Assembly: GCA_044372835.1 (NCBI GenBank)
Contig: JBILRE010000010.1
Span: forward strand, 7,039-71,038
Direction: 5' to 3'
Length of the DNA: 64,000 nt
DNA from: Crocinitomicaceae bacterium
GTDB lineage: Bacteria; Bacteroidota; Bacteroidia; Flavobacteriales_D; Crocinitomicaceae
The notes below the pieces were generated by a model. It was not told the DNA's origin, made no database searches, and saw nothing but the letters and a program-made list of their open reading frames with translations. Both the position numbers and the translations under genes were made by a program. This document shows positions 29,237 through 37,715 of this stretch, in pieces; the stretch's first letter is position 1, and every line of letters begins with the position of its first letter.

Positions 29237-30469
29237 TTACCGCTCCAACTTATCCAAGGCCTGTTCAAATGCTTTTCGAGCCAATCCGGTTGAATTCGGG
29301 TTTTTCTGATGAACCTCCGAAAGCGCAGCGTATATGATTTCACTTACATCCTGAAAAACACCTTCATCTGTTATTTGCTTCAAGTCATTAGCCATTAGGT
29401 AGGCAAATACCCGAGCCATACCGCAATTTGCAATGAAATCAGGAATCAACGTTAACGTTTGATCTGCCTTGTTCGCAATTGGGCCAAAGAAAATTTCCGG
29501 ATCGGCAAAGGGAACGTTTGCCCCACAAGATATGACTTGAACACCGCTTGAAATTAGTTGTTCCAATTGATTTTCACTGACTAATCTTGAACCGGCACAT
29601 GGAATAAATATATCCGCGCCCATGCCCCAAATCGATTCATTCACTTGCTCAAACGGCAATAAAGTATCGCTATGTAATGTATTTCCCTTTTTTGACAAAA
29701 ACAAATCACGCACCTCTTCAGTTGTAAATCCCTCTGCATTCATTAACCCACCGGCCCTATCGATGATTCCAACAATGGATGCTCCGAAAGAGGACAAATA
29801 ATACGCAGCAGCAGATCCCACATTTCCCCAACCTTGCACAATCACTCTTTTTCCAACGATTGAGCCTCCCCAAAGCGAATAGTAGTGTAACAATGAAACC
29901 GCTACGCCATAACCGGTTATCATATCAGCGACCACATATTTTCTCGAAGGATTGGGCGAGAAACGTGTGTCTTCAATAACTTTCAAAACACCGGATCTTA
30001 GTTGACCAATACGATGAATTTTCTGTGCTTCTCTCGGTTGAAAATGCCCATTGAACACCCCTTCCTGCGGATGCCAAACGCCGCAATCTTCGGTGTAAGG
30101 AATCACCTCATGGATTTCATCGACATTCATGTCTCCCCCGGTTCCATAGTAGTGTTTTAACAAGGGCGTAACGGCTGCGTACCAGCGCCTCAAAACACCT
30201 TCTTTGCGCGGATCAAAAGGATCAAAGTCAATCCCTGATTTAGCTCCTCCAATGGGTGGGCCAGCCACGGTAAATTTGATTTCCATGGTTTTTGCTAATG
30301 ACTCAACCTCCCGCTTGTCGAGGCCCTTGCGCATGCGCGTTCCACCACCAGCCGCCCCTCCACGAAGGGAATTAATCACCACCCATCCACGTGCCTCCGT
30401 CTCAGGATCTTTCCATTCAAAAACAATTTCGGCTTGTTTATCTTCAAACTTTTTAAGGCGTTCCAGCAT
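29237..30469 (-). CDS. Glu/Leu/Phe/Val-family amino-acid dehydrogenase (glutamate dehydrogenase-like)
   Basis: The catalytic-Lys motif GPPIGGAKSGI and the Rossmann motif VQGWGNVG are present. ATG 30469 (MLERLKKF..) avoids overlap with anmK and lies 16 nt from a TATTTTTG box. Confidence 0.85.
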   Translation of the reverse strand: MLERLKKFEDKQAEIVFEWKDPETEARGWVVINSLRGGAAGGGTRMRKGLDKREVESLAKTMEIKFTVAGPPIGGAKSGIDFDPFDPRKEGVLRRWYAAVTPLLKHYYGTGGDMNVDEIHEVIPYTEDCGVWHPQEGVFNGHFQPREAQKIHRIGQLRSGVLKVIEDTRFSPNPSRKYVVADMITGYGVAVSLLHYYSLWGGSIVGKRVIVQGWGNVGSAAAYYLSSFGASIVGIIDRAGGLMNAEGFTTEEVRDLFLSKKGNTLHSDTLLPFEQVNESIWGMGADIFIPCAGSRLVSENQLEQLISSGVQVISCGANVPFADPEIFFGPIANKADQTLTLIPDFIANCGMARVFAYLMANDLKQITDEGVFQDVSEIIYAALSEVHQKNPNSTGLARKAFEQALDKLER

Positions 30470-30485
30470 AATTTCAACTTTGGGG

Positions 30486-30493
30486 CAAAAATA
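30486..30493 (-). promoter_or_regulatory. Putative -7 box for the amino-acid dehydrogenase gene
   Basis: The minus strand reads TATTTTTG, 16 nt upstream of ATG 30469. Confidence 0.4.
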
Positions 30494-30524
30494 ACAAGTT
30501 TTCTTTACTGGTAGGAGTGTCAAT

Positions 30525-31595
30525 TCATCCCACAATATGGTAAACACCACCGATAACATCTTTATAGGCGCCAGTAACACTGCTAAGACAATTCACTTGT
30601 TTATCTATATACAAAGCCCCCAAATAGGCAAAAACAATTGCCTCTTTGAAATCGATGATTTCGTTTGAAGGAATGCGAACTTCGCCATTAAAATAGTGTT
30701 GAATTCGCTCAATTAAGAACGTATTACGTGCACCGCCTCCCGTAAATAATGCGTTTTTAATACCAAAATCATTCAAGGTTCCTCCTAACTGAATGGCAAT
30801 ATGTTCAACGATAGTTCGTAGGTTGTTTTCAATTTCTTTATCGAATTTAACGAGTGGGTAAAAATGTTCCTCCAACCATTCCGTTCCTAATGATTTAGGT
30901 CCCTTTTGACGGTAATGTTCCAACGAATTCAACATATCCAGAAGAAAGAAATTGATTTCACCTTTGGAAGCAAGGTAACCGTCCTTATCGAAAGTCAATC
31001 CTTTGTTAGCGGCCAATAAGTTAAGAGGTAAATTACCAGGACAAACATCAAATGCACTGATCGAATTACCGTTTCTTCGGCTGACGTTGACAAAGCCACC
31101 AATATTGACAAATGCTTCAGCCAATGAAGAAAACAATCCAAAATCCCCTACTGGAACCAAAGGAGCACCCTGACCGCCGGCAATAACGTCCCGTGAACGG
31201 AAATCATTAATCACTGGAATACCAGATGTGAACGCCAAACTGCTGCCACAACCAATTTGGAGAGTAAACCCCTCGTTTGGTTGATGAAAAATCGTCTGAC
31301 CATGCGAAGCTATGGCATCTATTTGGTCCGGTGGTATGTTGTTCCCATCTAAAAAATTCAACACACATTCCCCTAAGAATTTACCGAATTCTTTATCCAG
31401 AACAAATAACTGTGGTGGGGATAAAGTGGTTGCCTCTTTTAGTCTTAACAATAAATCTTCTGGAAAGACCATATGGGCAGCACATTCCAACGTGAATTCG
31501 TGTCCAGAAGGCGTCATTTCAAACCGTACACATGCCAAATCAACCCCGTCTAAGGAAGTTCCAGACATAATACCAATCAATTTGTACGATGACAT
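30525..31595 (-). CDS. anmK: Anhydro-N-acetylmuramic acid kinase
   Basis: The N-terminal motif is IGIMSGTSLDGVD, and FTGGGARN is also present. Confidence 0.92.
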   Translation of the reverse strand: MSSYKLIGIMSGTSLDGVDLACVRFEMTPSGHEFTLECAAHMVFPEDLLLRLKEATTLSPPQLFVLDKEFGKFLGECVLNFLDGNNIPPDQIDAIASHGQTIFHQPNEGFTLQIGCGSSLAFTSGIPVINDFRSRDVIAGGQGAPLVPVGDFGLFSSLAEAFVNIGGFVNVSRRNGNSISAFDVCPGNLPLNLLAANKGLTFDKDGYLASKGEINFFLLDMLNSLEHYRQKGPKSLGTEWLEEHFYPLVKFDKEIENNLRTIVEHIAIQLGGTLNDFGIKNALFTGGGARNTFLIERIQHYFNGEVRIPSNEIIDFKEAIVFAYLGALYIDKQVNCLSSVTGAYKDVIGGVYHIVG

Positions 31596-31626
31596 GAGAA
31601 GTTAGTGCTTAATAAAATTATTCAAT

Positions 31627-31634
31627 TAAATTTG
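31627..31634 (+). promoter_or_regulatory. Putative -7 box for the acyl-CoA dehydrogenase gene
   Basis: TAAATTTG lies 40 nt upstream of ATG 31675. Confidence 0.35.
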
Positions 31635-31674
31635 TATTCAGTCTAAGATAGGAAATTTAATACGATAAAGTGCC

Positions 31675-32814
31675 ATGAATTTTCAACTAACAGAAGAACA
31701 CCTCGCGGTAAAAGAGGCGGCAAGAGATTTCGCTCAAAATGTGTTAAAAGCAGAGGTCATCGAACGTGACCGGGACCAACGTTTTCCGACGGAAGAAATT
31801 CGTCAACTGGGAGAATTGGGATTCATGGGAATGATGGTAAATCCCAAGTATGGTGGCAGCGGAATGGATACTTTATCGTATGTATTAGCGATGGAAGAAA
31901 TTTCGAAGGTTGACGCATCTACCTCAGTTTGCATGTCGGTAAATAATTCACTTGTTTGTTGGGGACTTGAAAAATTTGGAACTGAAGAACAAAAACAAAA
32001 ATACCTTATTCCATTAGCAAAGGGTGAAATAATCGGTGCTTTTTGTCTATCGGAACCTGAAGCTGGATCGGATGCCACGTCACAAAAAACGACTGCCTTT
32101 GACATGGGGGACCATTACCTTCTAAATGGTACCAAGAATTGGATTACGAATGGATCTACTGCATCCGTTTACCTTGTGATTGCACAAACAAACATCGAAG
32201 CAGGACACAGAGGAATCAATGCGTTTATCATAGAAAAAGGCATGGAAGGATTTATCGTTGGAGCCAAAGAGGACAAATTGGGTATACGAGGTTCTGATAC
32301 GCACACCTTGTTGTTTAACGATGTGAAAGTTCCAAAAGAAAATCGCATTGGGGAGGATGGCTTCGGATTCAAATTCGCGATGCAGGTTCTTTCCGGTGGA
32401 CGAATAGGAATTGCCGCTCAAGCCTTGGGTATAGCAGCAGGTGCATTGGAATTAGCCTCAGCATATGCCAAAGAAAGAAAAGCATTCGGAAAAGTCATCG
32501 CCAACCATCAAGCCATCGCTTTCAAGCTTGCGGATATGGCTACCGAAATTGAAGCTGCTCGTTTGTTGGTTTACAAATCAGCATGCGACAAGGATGCAGG
32601 TAAGGATTATGGATTATCTAGTGCAATGGCTAAACTTTATGCTTCCAAGGTAGCAATGGAACAAACCGTTGAAGCTGTCCAAGTTCACGGAGGTTATGGT
32701 TTTGTAAAAGAGTACCATGTGGAGCGTCTTATGCGAGATGCGAAAATCACGCAAATCTATGAAGGAACTTCCGAAGTACAGAAAATTGTGATTTCAAGAG
32801 CTATACTTCAATAA
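31675..32814 (+). CDS. Acyl-CoA dehydrogenase (short/butyryl-chain type)
   Basis: Motifs seen: CLSEPEAGSD, NGTKNWITNG, QVHGGYGF, IYEGTSEVQ. Confidence 0.93.
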   Translation: MNFQLTEEHLAVKEAARDFAQNVLKAEVIERDRDQRFPTEEIRQLGELGFMGMMVNPKYGGSGMDTLSYVLAMEEISKVDASTSVCMSVNNSLVCWGLEKFGTEEQKQKYLIPLAKGEIIGAFCLSEPEAGSDATSQKTTAFDMGDHYLLNGTKNWITNGSTASVYLVIAQTNIEAGHRGINAFIIEKGMEGFIVGAKEDKLGIRGSDTHTLLFNDVKVPKENRIGEDGFGFKFAMQVLSGGRIGIAAQALGIAAGALELASAYAKERKAFGKVIANHQAIAFKLADMATEIEAARLLVYKSACDKDAGKDYGLSSAMAKLYASKVAMEQTVEAVQVHGGYGFVKEYHVERLMRDAKITQIYEGTSEVQKIVISRAILQ

Positions 32815-32818
32815 AGAA

Positions 32819-34126
32819 TTAAAGGTAAGGCACTAATTGTTCCAACTGAATGCCGCGTGACCCTTTGATTAGGATGCAATAGTTATTCAATTGTTCGGTT
32901 ATAGGTGATTCAATCAACCCTTGTACTGTTTGAAAACATTGAAAATTACCATTATGTTGGATAGCTTTGGAAAATTCGCTACCCACTAAAATTGCCGTAA
33001 GCTGCAGATCGTTAAGTAGGGTAATCACTTCTTGATGTTCGCTCAACGAATCGGAACCCAACTCCAACATATCGCCCAAAACAACCATTTTATGGTCGGC
33101 TGGGAAGGTTGAAAAACTCAATAACGCGTTCCTTACACTCGTTGGATTCGCATTATAACAATCTAAAATAAGCTTATTTCGTTTGGTTAGGGTAATTTGA
33201 GAGCGCTGATTTGTTGGAGTGTATGCCTCAAGTGCTATGCAAATAGCTTCACTTGGAACAGCGAACAATACTCCGAAGGAAACTGCTACAAGAAAATTGG
33301 ACAAATTATACGTTCCTGTTAATTGCGTTTGAATCTTAGGCGAATGGTAATCCAAATAACTCCAACGAAAAGACATGTATTCATTCCCTCCAACTAATTG
33401 GCCATGTACATCTGCCAATGAATGTTCAGAGGAATAACTAAAAAGGCTTGCACCCTTCGGTAAATTCCCTTGCAATAAGGAATCATCAGCATTGAAAACA
33501 ACTGTACCACCGAGTAAGTCAATGGAGTCATACAATTCTTTTTTAGTACGAATAACTCCTTCCAAGGAGCCGAATCCCTCAAGATGAGCTCTTCCTATGT
33601 TGGTTATTATACCATGGGTAGGCTCGGCAATTGCACACAACTCTTGAATATCATGCAAACGATTGGCACCCATTTCTATGATTGCCAATTCATGAGATTG
33701 GTTTAATTGGAGTAAGGTCAATGGCACCCCAATATGGTTATTCAGGTTTCCTTGGGTGAAAAGCACATTGTATTTCTTTTTTAAAACAGCAGCCATCAAT
33801 TCTTTGGTGGTGGTTTTTCCATTGCTTCCCGTTATTCCGATAACTGGAATATTGAATTGCCGACGATGATAATTAGCTAAACCCTGTAAAAAATGCAAGG
33901 AATCATCAACAACATGAATCCCTTCTACCCCAACCCACCGAGGATCATCCGAAACAACATATTTCGCACCTTTCTCCAAGGCTTGAAGTGCATAATCATT
34001 CCCGTTGAAATTGGCCCCGCGAAGGCATACGAACAGACAATCATGATGTATGTTTCGCGTATCCGTACTAATACCAGCACAAGCAGTGAAAAGAGCATAC
34101 AAGTTATCGGTAATATTCATAGGCAT
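32819..34126 (-). CDS. murF: UDP-N-acetylmuramoyl-tripeptide--D-alanyl-D-alanine ligase
   Basis: Motifs seen: the Mur-ligase P-loop GITGSNGKTTTKE, ILDCYNANP, IKGSRG. Confidence 0.93.
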   Translation of the reverse strand: MPMNITDNLYALFTACAGISTDTRNIHHDCLFVCLRGANFNGNDYALQALEKGAKYVVSDDPRWVGVEGIHVVDDSLHFLQGLANYHRRQFNIPVIGITGSNGKTTTKELMAAVLKKKYNVLFTQGNLNNHIGVPLTLLQLNQSHELAIIEMGANRLHDIQELCAIAEPTHGIITNIGRAHLEGFGSLEGVIRTKKELYDSIDLLGGTVVFNADDSLLQGNLPKGASLFSYSSEHSLADVHGQLVGGNEYMSFRWSYLDYHSPKIQTQLTGTYNLSNFLVAVSFGVLFAVPSEAICIALEAYTPTNQRSQITLTKRNKLILDCYNANPTSVRNALLSFSTFPADHKMVVLGDMLELGSDSLSEHQEVITLLNDLQLTAILVGSEFSKAIQHNGNFQCFQTVQGLIESPITEQLNNYCILIKGSRGIQLEQLVPYL

Positions 34127-34150
34127 AAAAAAAGCCCGTTTCCGGGCTTT
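34127..34150 (-). terminator. Intrinsic terminator between gldJ and murF
   Basis: On the minus strand the hairpin is AAAGCCCG-GAAA-CGGGCTTT (34150..34131). A U-tract TTTTTTT follows and ends 1 nt before the murF ATG (34126). Confidence 0.6.
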
Positions 34151-34161
34151 GAATTATCGTT

Positions 34162-36627
34162 TTACCTTCTTCGACGCTTAGCCGGTGTAAAGTTATTACC
34201 TGTTGGGCTACCAATTCGATCCATACAGCATCTAAAACCGATGGTTGCCGTTGATTTATCTTCATCAAGGAAACGGCGGTTACCAACTGCGAGCCAATAT
34301 GCACGATCCCTCCAAGAGCCACCTTTGTACACCTTTGACCTGTTAGATACCAAGGAAGTTGGCCATCCACTGGAATTAGGAGCTAACTCACCTCCTTCGA
34401 GGTTATATTGCTCGTCATCACTTTGGTACATAACCATGTCAGGGTCACGAACACCATTGTTTATATCACCTAGGCGTTTTCCATTGTTGTATTGAATGGA
34501 AGACTCTATATCACCATCTAGGTAATCTCGGTAATCGGATTTCTTGTAATTCATTCGACCAATGTTTTCCTCTTCTGTTACAGCTCGGTATTTCAATTTA
34601 CCAGGTGTATCCGATACAAATTGACTAAAACCTTCTTTCAACATTTCAATGATTTCATAACCGTAAGCATAAAAACCAACCGTTGTGGAAGGATCCAACA
34701 GCTTAGAATCTGGATTGGGTTTGGATCCAGGATAATTGTATGCTCGGTATTCGTAGAACAAAGGGGGCCTCTTGTCTCTCGTTCCACCGTACCAAACCGT
34801 GTCACCGCTTGCTGGATTCTCAGTTTGTTTCAAAAGCGATTGACCTGTCTGTGTTGATGGCGTATTCGACCAATCGGTTCGATATATATCCTCGGCGTAC
34901 AAGTTAGGAGGTCCATAAATATTATCCCTAACCAAACGATTGGCTTCAATGTCAAACCCATCGTTTTTCAACCTAATGGCCTCATCCAACACTTCGTTTA
35001 ACCTGCGAATCATATCCAATTCCACAGAGTCTTTTTTGTTTCCTCTAGCCTGGTAAATAGATGACGGTGAATTACCCATATTGACTGGATTCCTTGCCAT
35101 AACCTGAGAGGAGGCACCTTTGGTAATATTCTTGTCTGCTGGATCGTGCTTGGCCGCGGATATTCGCTGGAAACGAACCCTTTCAAATTCGTTTAGGTAT
35201 TCCTTCATGCCATGCACGTCGTATTCCGTAGCACCGAAACCGTTTTCGTCCCTGTTTTTATCCACAATTCCTTCGCTACTGAATCGCTTAGTTTTGAATA
35301 CGTTTCCTCTGAAGGGACGAAAATCGTCAAAATCCTCAGTACTCATAGCACGGTAGGTATCCAATACCCATTCCGACACATTGCCCGCCATGTGGTACAA
35401 CCCATAATCGTTTGGCCAGAATGATGTGACAGGAGCAGTAACATCCGCACCATCGTTTAGGTGACCGGCTACCCCCATCATGTCTCCTCTTCCTCGCTGA
35501 AAATTCGCTTGAAAATCACCTTGAAACTGCGCATTCTTGTCTCGAACCCAATGACCGTCCCATGGGTAAATTCGGCGCTCGTCAATCGTCTCAGGTCCAA
35601 TCATGTTACCAATCAAACCAGCAGCAGCGAATTCCCATTCCGCTTCAGTCGGGAGGCGATAAGCAGGAAGCAAAATACCATCTTCAATTCGAACGTACCT
35701 GTTCGGTCGCTTCGAATCCGGATCGATATTCGGCACTCCTTTATGCAGTTTCCCTTCTCTTTTCAATATTTTCATCTTTTTCTTCCCCGTTTCCTCGTCC
35801 AATACAAGGTCAGCTTCTATGAGGGCAGTTTCATTAACGGTTGGACTAGAGGGATCCGCATTGTATGAATAACCTGTAGTAGGATCCGGATTCTTCCTTC
35901 CAACATGTAACCTGGCATCTTGATATCCCTCTTCATGCAAATAAGTCAAGCCTTTAAACCTTCCGTTTAGGTAGGCATCTGTGTTGAAGGTTGAATCATT
36001 TTTCAACTTAGTATCCCACTGAATGATCCCTTCACGAATGAGTACATATTCATTTACACGGTCGGTTCTCCAACGACAAAAATCATTCGCTTGCAACCAA
36101 GAAACACCTACTACCGGGTAGTCACGGTAGGCAGGGTGACGCAAATAATAGTCTACGTATTTCTCGTTGAAGGCCAGAGGACTTCTCCAACATAGCGTGT
36201 CGGGTAACGCATTTTGTAGCACCTGTGGGTACTCACGGTAAGCTCTGGAAATCCAATACATGTATTCCAACCAATGAAAGTTTGTCACCTCTGTTTCATC
36301 CATGTAAAAGGAAGAAACGGTAACACGTGCAGACCGCGAGTTCCAATCAAACATCACGTCTTGTTCGGTGCGCCCCATGGTAAATGTACCACCTTCAACC
36401 AACACCAAACCGGGACCGGTTTCTTGTTCATCAAACGGTGGCTTCTCAAAACCTCCGTTATTTGAATCGTTATAGTTCCAACCCGTTACGCTTGATGCAT
36501 CTTTCATACACGAAAAGACCACAATAGCCATTGCCACCGGAGCAATAAGCTTCAAGGAAATTGACTTCAAACTTGTATTTTTCATGAACAATTTATTAAA
36601 ACGAACTTTGGTAAAACGCATATTCAT
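34162..36627 (-). CDS. gldJ: Gliding-motility lipoprotein GldJ (FGE-sulfatase fold), unusually long form
   Basis: The lipobox is ..AIVVFSC. GldJ-type N-terminus: SSVTGWNYND..GGFE...ETGPGLVLVEGGTFTMG. Split FGE-sulfatase motifs are present: YPVVGVSWLQANDFC, RLPTEAEWEFAA, MAGNVSEWV, KGGSWRD...GFRC. murF-adjacent synteny matches Flavobacterium. The start is 36627 or ATG 36585 (MKNTS..). Confidence 0.88.
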   Translation of the reverse strand: MNMRFTKVRFNKLFMKNTSLKSISLKLIAPVAMAIVVFSCMKDASSVTGWNYNDSNNGGFEKPPFDEQETGPGLVLVEGGTFTMGRTEQDVMFDWNSRSARVTVSSFYMDETEVTNFHWLEYMYWISRAYREYPQVLQNALPDTLCWRSPLAFNEKYVDYYLRHPAYRDYPVVGVSWLQANDFCRWRTDRVNEYVLIREGIIQWDTKLKNDSTFNTDAYLNGRFKGLTYLHEEGYQDARLHVGRKNPDPTTGYSYNADPSSPTVNETALIEADLVLDEETGKKKMKILKREGKLHKGVPNIDPDSKRPNRYVRIEDGILLPAYRLPTEAEWEFAAAGLIGNMIGPETIDERRIYPWDGHWVRDKNAQFQGDFQANFQRGRGDMMGVAGHLNDGADVTAPVTSFWPNDYGLYHMAGNVSEWVLDTYRAMSTEDFDDFRPFRGNVFKTKRFSSEGIVDKNRDENGFGATEYDVHGMKEYLNEFERVRFQRISAAKHDPADKNITKGASSQVMARNPVNMGNSPSSIYQARGNKKDSVELDMIRRLNEVLDEAIRLKNDGFDIEANRLVRDNIYGPPNLYAEDIYRTDWSNTPSTQTGQSLLKQTENPASGDTVWYGGTRDKRPPLFYEYRAYNYPGSKPNPDSKLLDPSTTVGFYAYGYEIIEMLKEGFSQFVSDTPGKLKYRAVTEEENIGRMNYKKSDYRDYLDGDIESSIQYNNGKRLGDINNGVRDPDMVMYQSDDEQYNLEGGELAPNSSGWPTSLVSNRSKVYKGGSWRDRAYWLAVGNRRFLDEDKSTATIGFRCCMDRIGSPTGNNFTPAKRRRR

Positions 36628-36645
36628 TTTTTTAGTTACACCCCA

Positions 36646-37614
36646 TTAGAAAGAAGGGCAAGATAATGTTTTAAATGCTACTGGTTTGATCCGGCAAGAT
36701 AAGTTCAAGCCCAGGGAAACCTCGTGCGACCCTCCAGATACGCCGTTATTCAACTTGGAAATAGTCACATCGTAGCTGTAGCCTAAACGAAATTTACCAT
36801 TGTTGATACCTGCAGTAAGAATAAAGGCATCTCTGTTTCTGTACCAAGCTCCAACCGTAAAAGGACCATATTTCACGTATGTTCCTAAATTCAATTCCAT
36901 GAAGCCGTTTTGGTACTGAAAGATAACGTTTGGCATGATGACCGTTCGGTTTGCAAACCGCGTTTTCCTACCAAGGACAATATCCGCTCCAAGATGACCA
37001 GTAAAGCGCCACGGCAGTCTTGATTCCCCCACTATCATTGATTCATTTGGACGATTCATGTGATGCCAGGCTGCACCTGCAAAGAAATACTTGTTGAAGA
37101 TGACAGCACCAGCTGAGGCATCGAAAAATCCTCGGGAACCACCGCGAGGCACATCACCAGTAGAGTAGATGAATCCACGTCTAGGATCAATCATGTCACC
37201 AAAGGTTAATTTGTCCCAATCCAATGATTTTTGAATCCAGGCAGCACGAGCACCCATGAACATTTTCCACTTACGATTGAGTTTTACATGATACGAGTAA
37301 AAAAGACCACCCATCGTGGTACTAATAGTACCTTGTCCCTGCTGGTCATGCAAAGCTAGAATGCCAAAACCACCCGAAATATTTTTAAAATATTGATCGT
37401 AGCTTGCACTATAGGTAATGTAATTTCCTGACAACTGCGGCCATTGATTACGGTAATTCAATGCAAAACGCGGACAACCGTGAGAACCTGCCAAGGCCGG
37501 ATTTAGGTAGAGTGGATTTGCATAAAACTGTGTAAAGGTTGGGTCCTGAGCATGCACGCTTGATAAGCAACCAAAAAACAGCGTAAGAACTATTGAGTAT
37601 TTAATTTGTTTCAT
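36646..37614 (-). CDS. PorP/SprF-family type IX secretion system outer-membrane protein
   Basis: The signal peptide is followed by the family hallmark QDPTFTQFYANPLYLNPALAGS, and the C-terminus is beta-barrel-like. ATG 37614 (MKQIKYS) is downstream of a TATCTTTG box at 37655..37648. Confidence 0.85.
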   Translation of the reverse strand: MKQIKYSIVLTLFFGCLSSVHAQDPTFTQFYANPLYLNPALAGSHGCPRFALNYRNQWPQLSGNYITYSASYDQYFKNISGGFGILALHDQQGQGTISTTMGGLFYSYHVKLNRKWKMFMGARAAWIQKSLDWDKLTFGDMIDPRRGFIYSTGDVPRGGSRGFFDASAGAVIFNKYFFAGAAWHHMNRPNESMIVGESRLPWRFTGHLGADIVLGRKTRFANRTVIMPNVIFQYQNGFMELNLGTYVKYGPFTVGAWYRNRDAFILTAGINNGKFRLGYSYDVTISKLNNGVSGGSHEVSLGLNLSCRIKPVAFKTLSCPSF

Positions 37615-37647
37615 CAAACGGTTGTATCGTGATTCAAAAAATCCAAA

Positions 37648-37655
37648 CAAAGATA
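37648..37655 (-). promoter_or_regulatory. Putative -7 box for the porP/sprF-like - gldJ unit
   Basis: The minus strand reads TATCTTTG, 33 nt upstream of ATG 37614. It lies in the 101-nt divergent region shared with porU. Confidence 0.4.
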
Positions 37656-37715
37656 ACGCATTTTTATTTTAAAGGTTACAAATATTGCAATTCATTCAAA
37701 ATAATCAAAGAAAAC

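Noticed and set aside
33893-34495. A 200-aa plus-strand ORF bridges murF, the terminator and the 3' end of gldJ. An 88-aa minus-strand ORF lies at 34104..34370.
   Set aside because: Both lie antisense to or out of frame with strongly supported genes (murF, gldJ). Both cross an intrinsic terminator and have no recognisable features.
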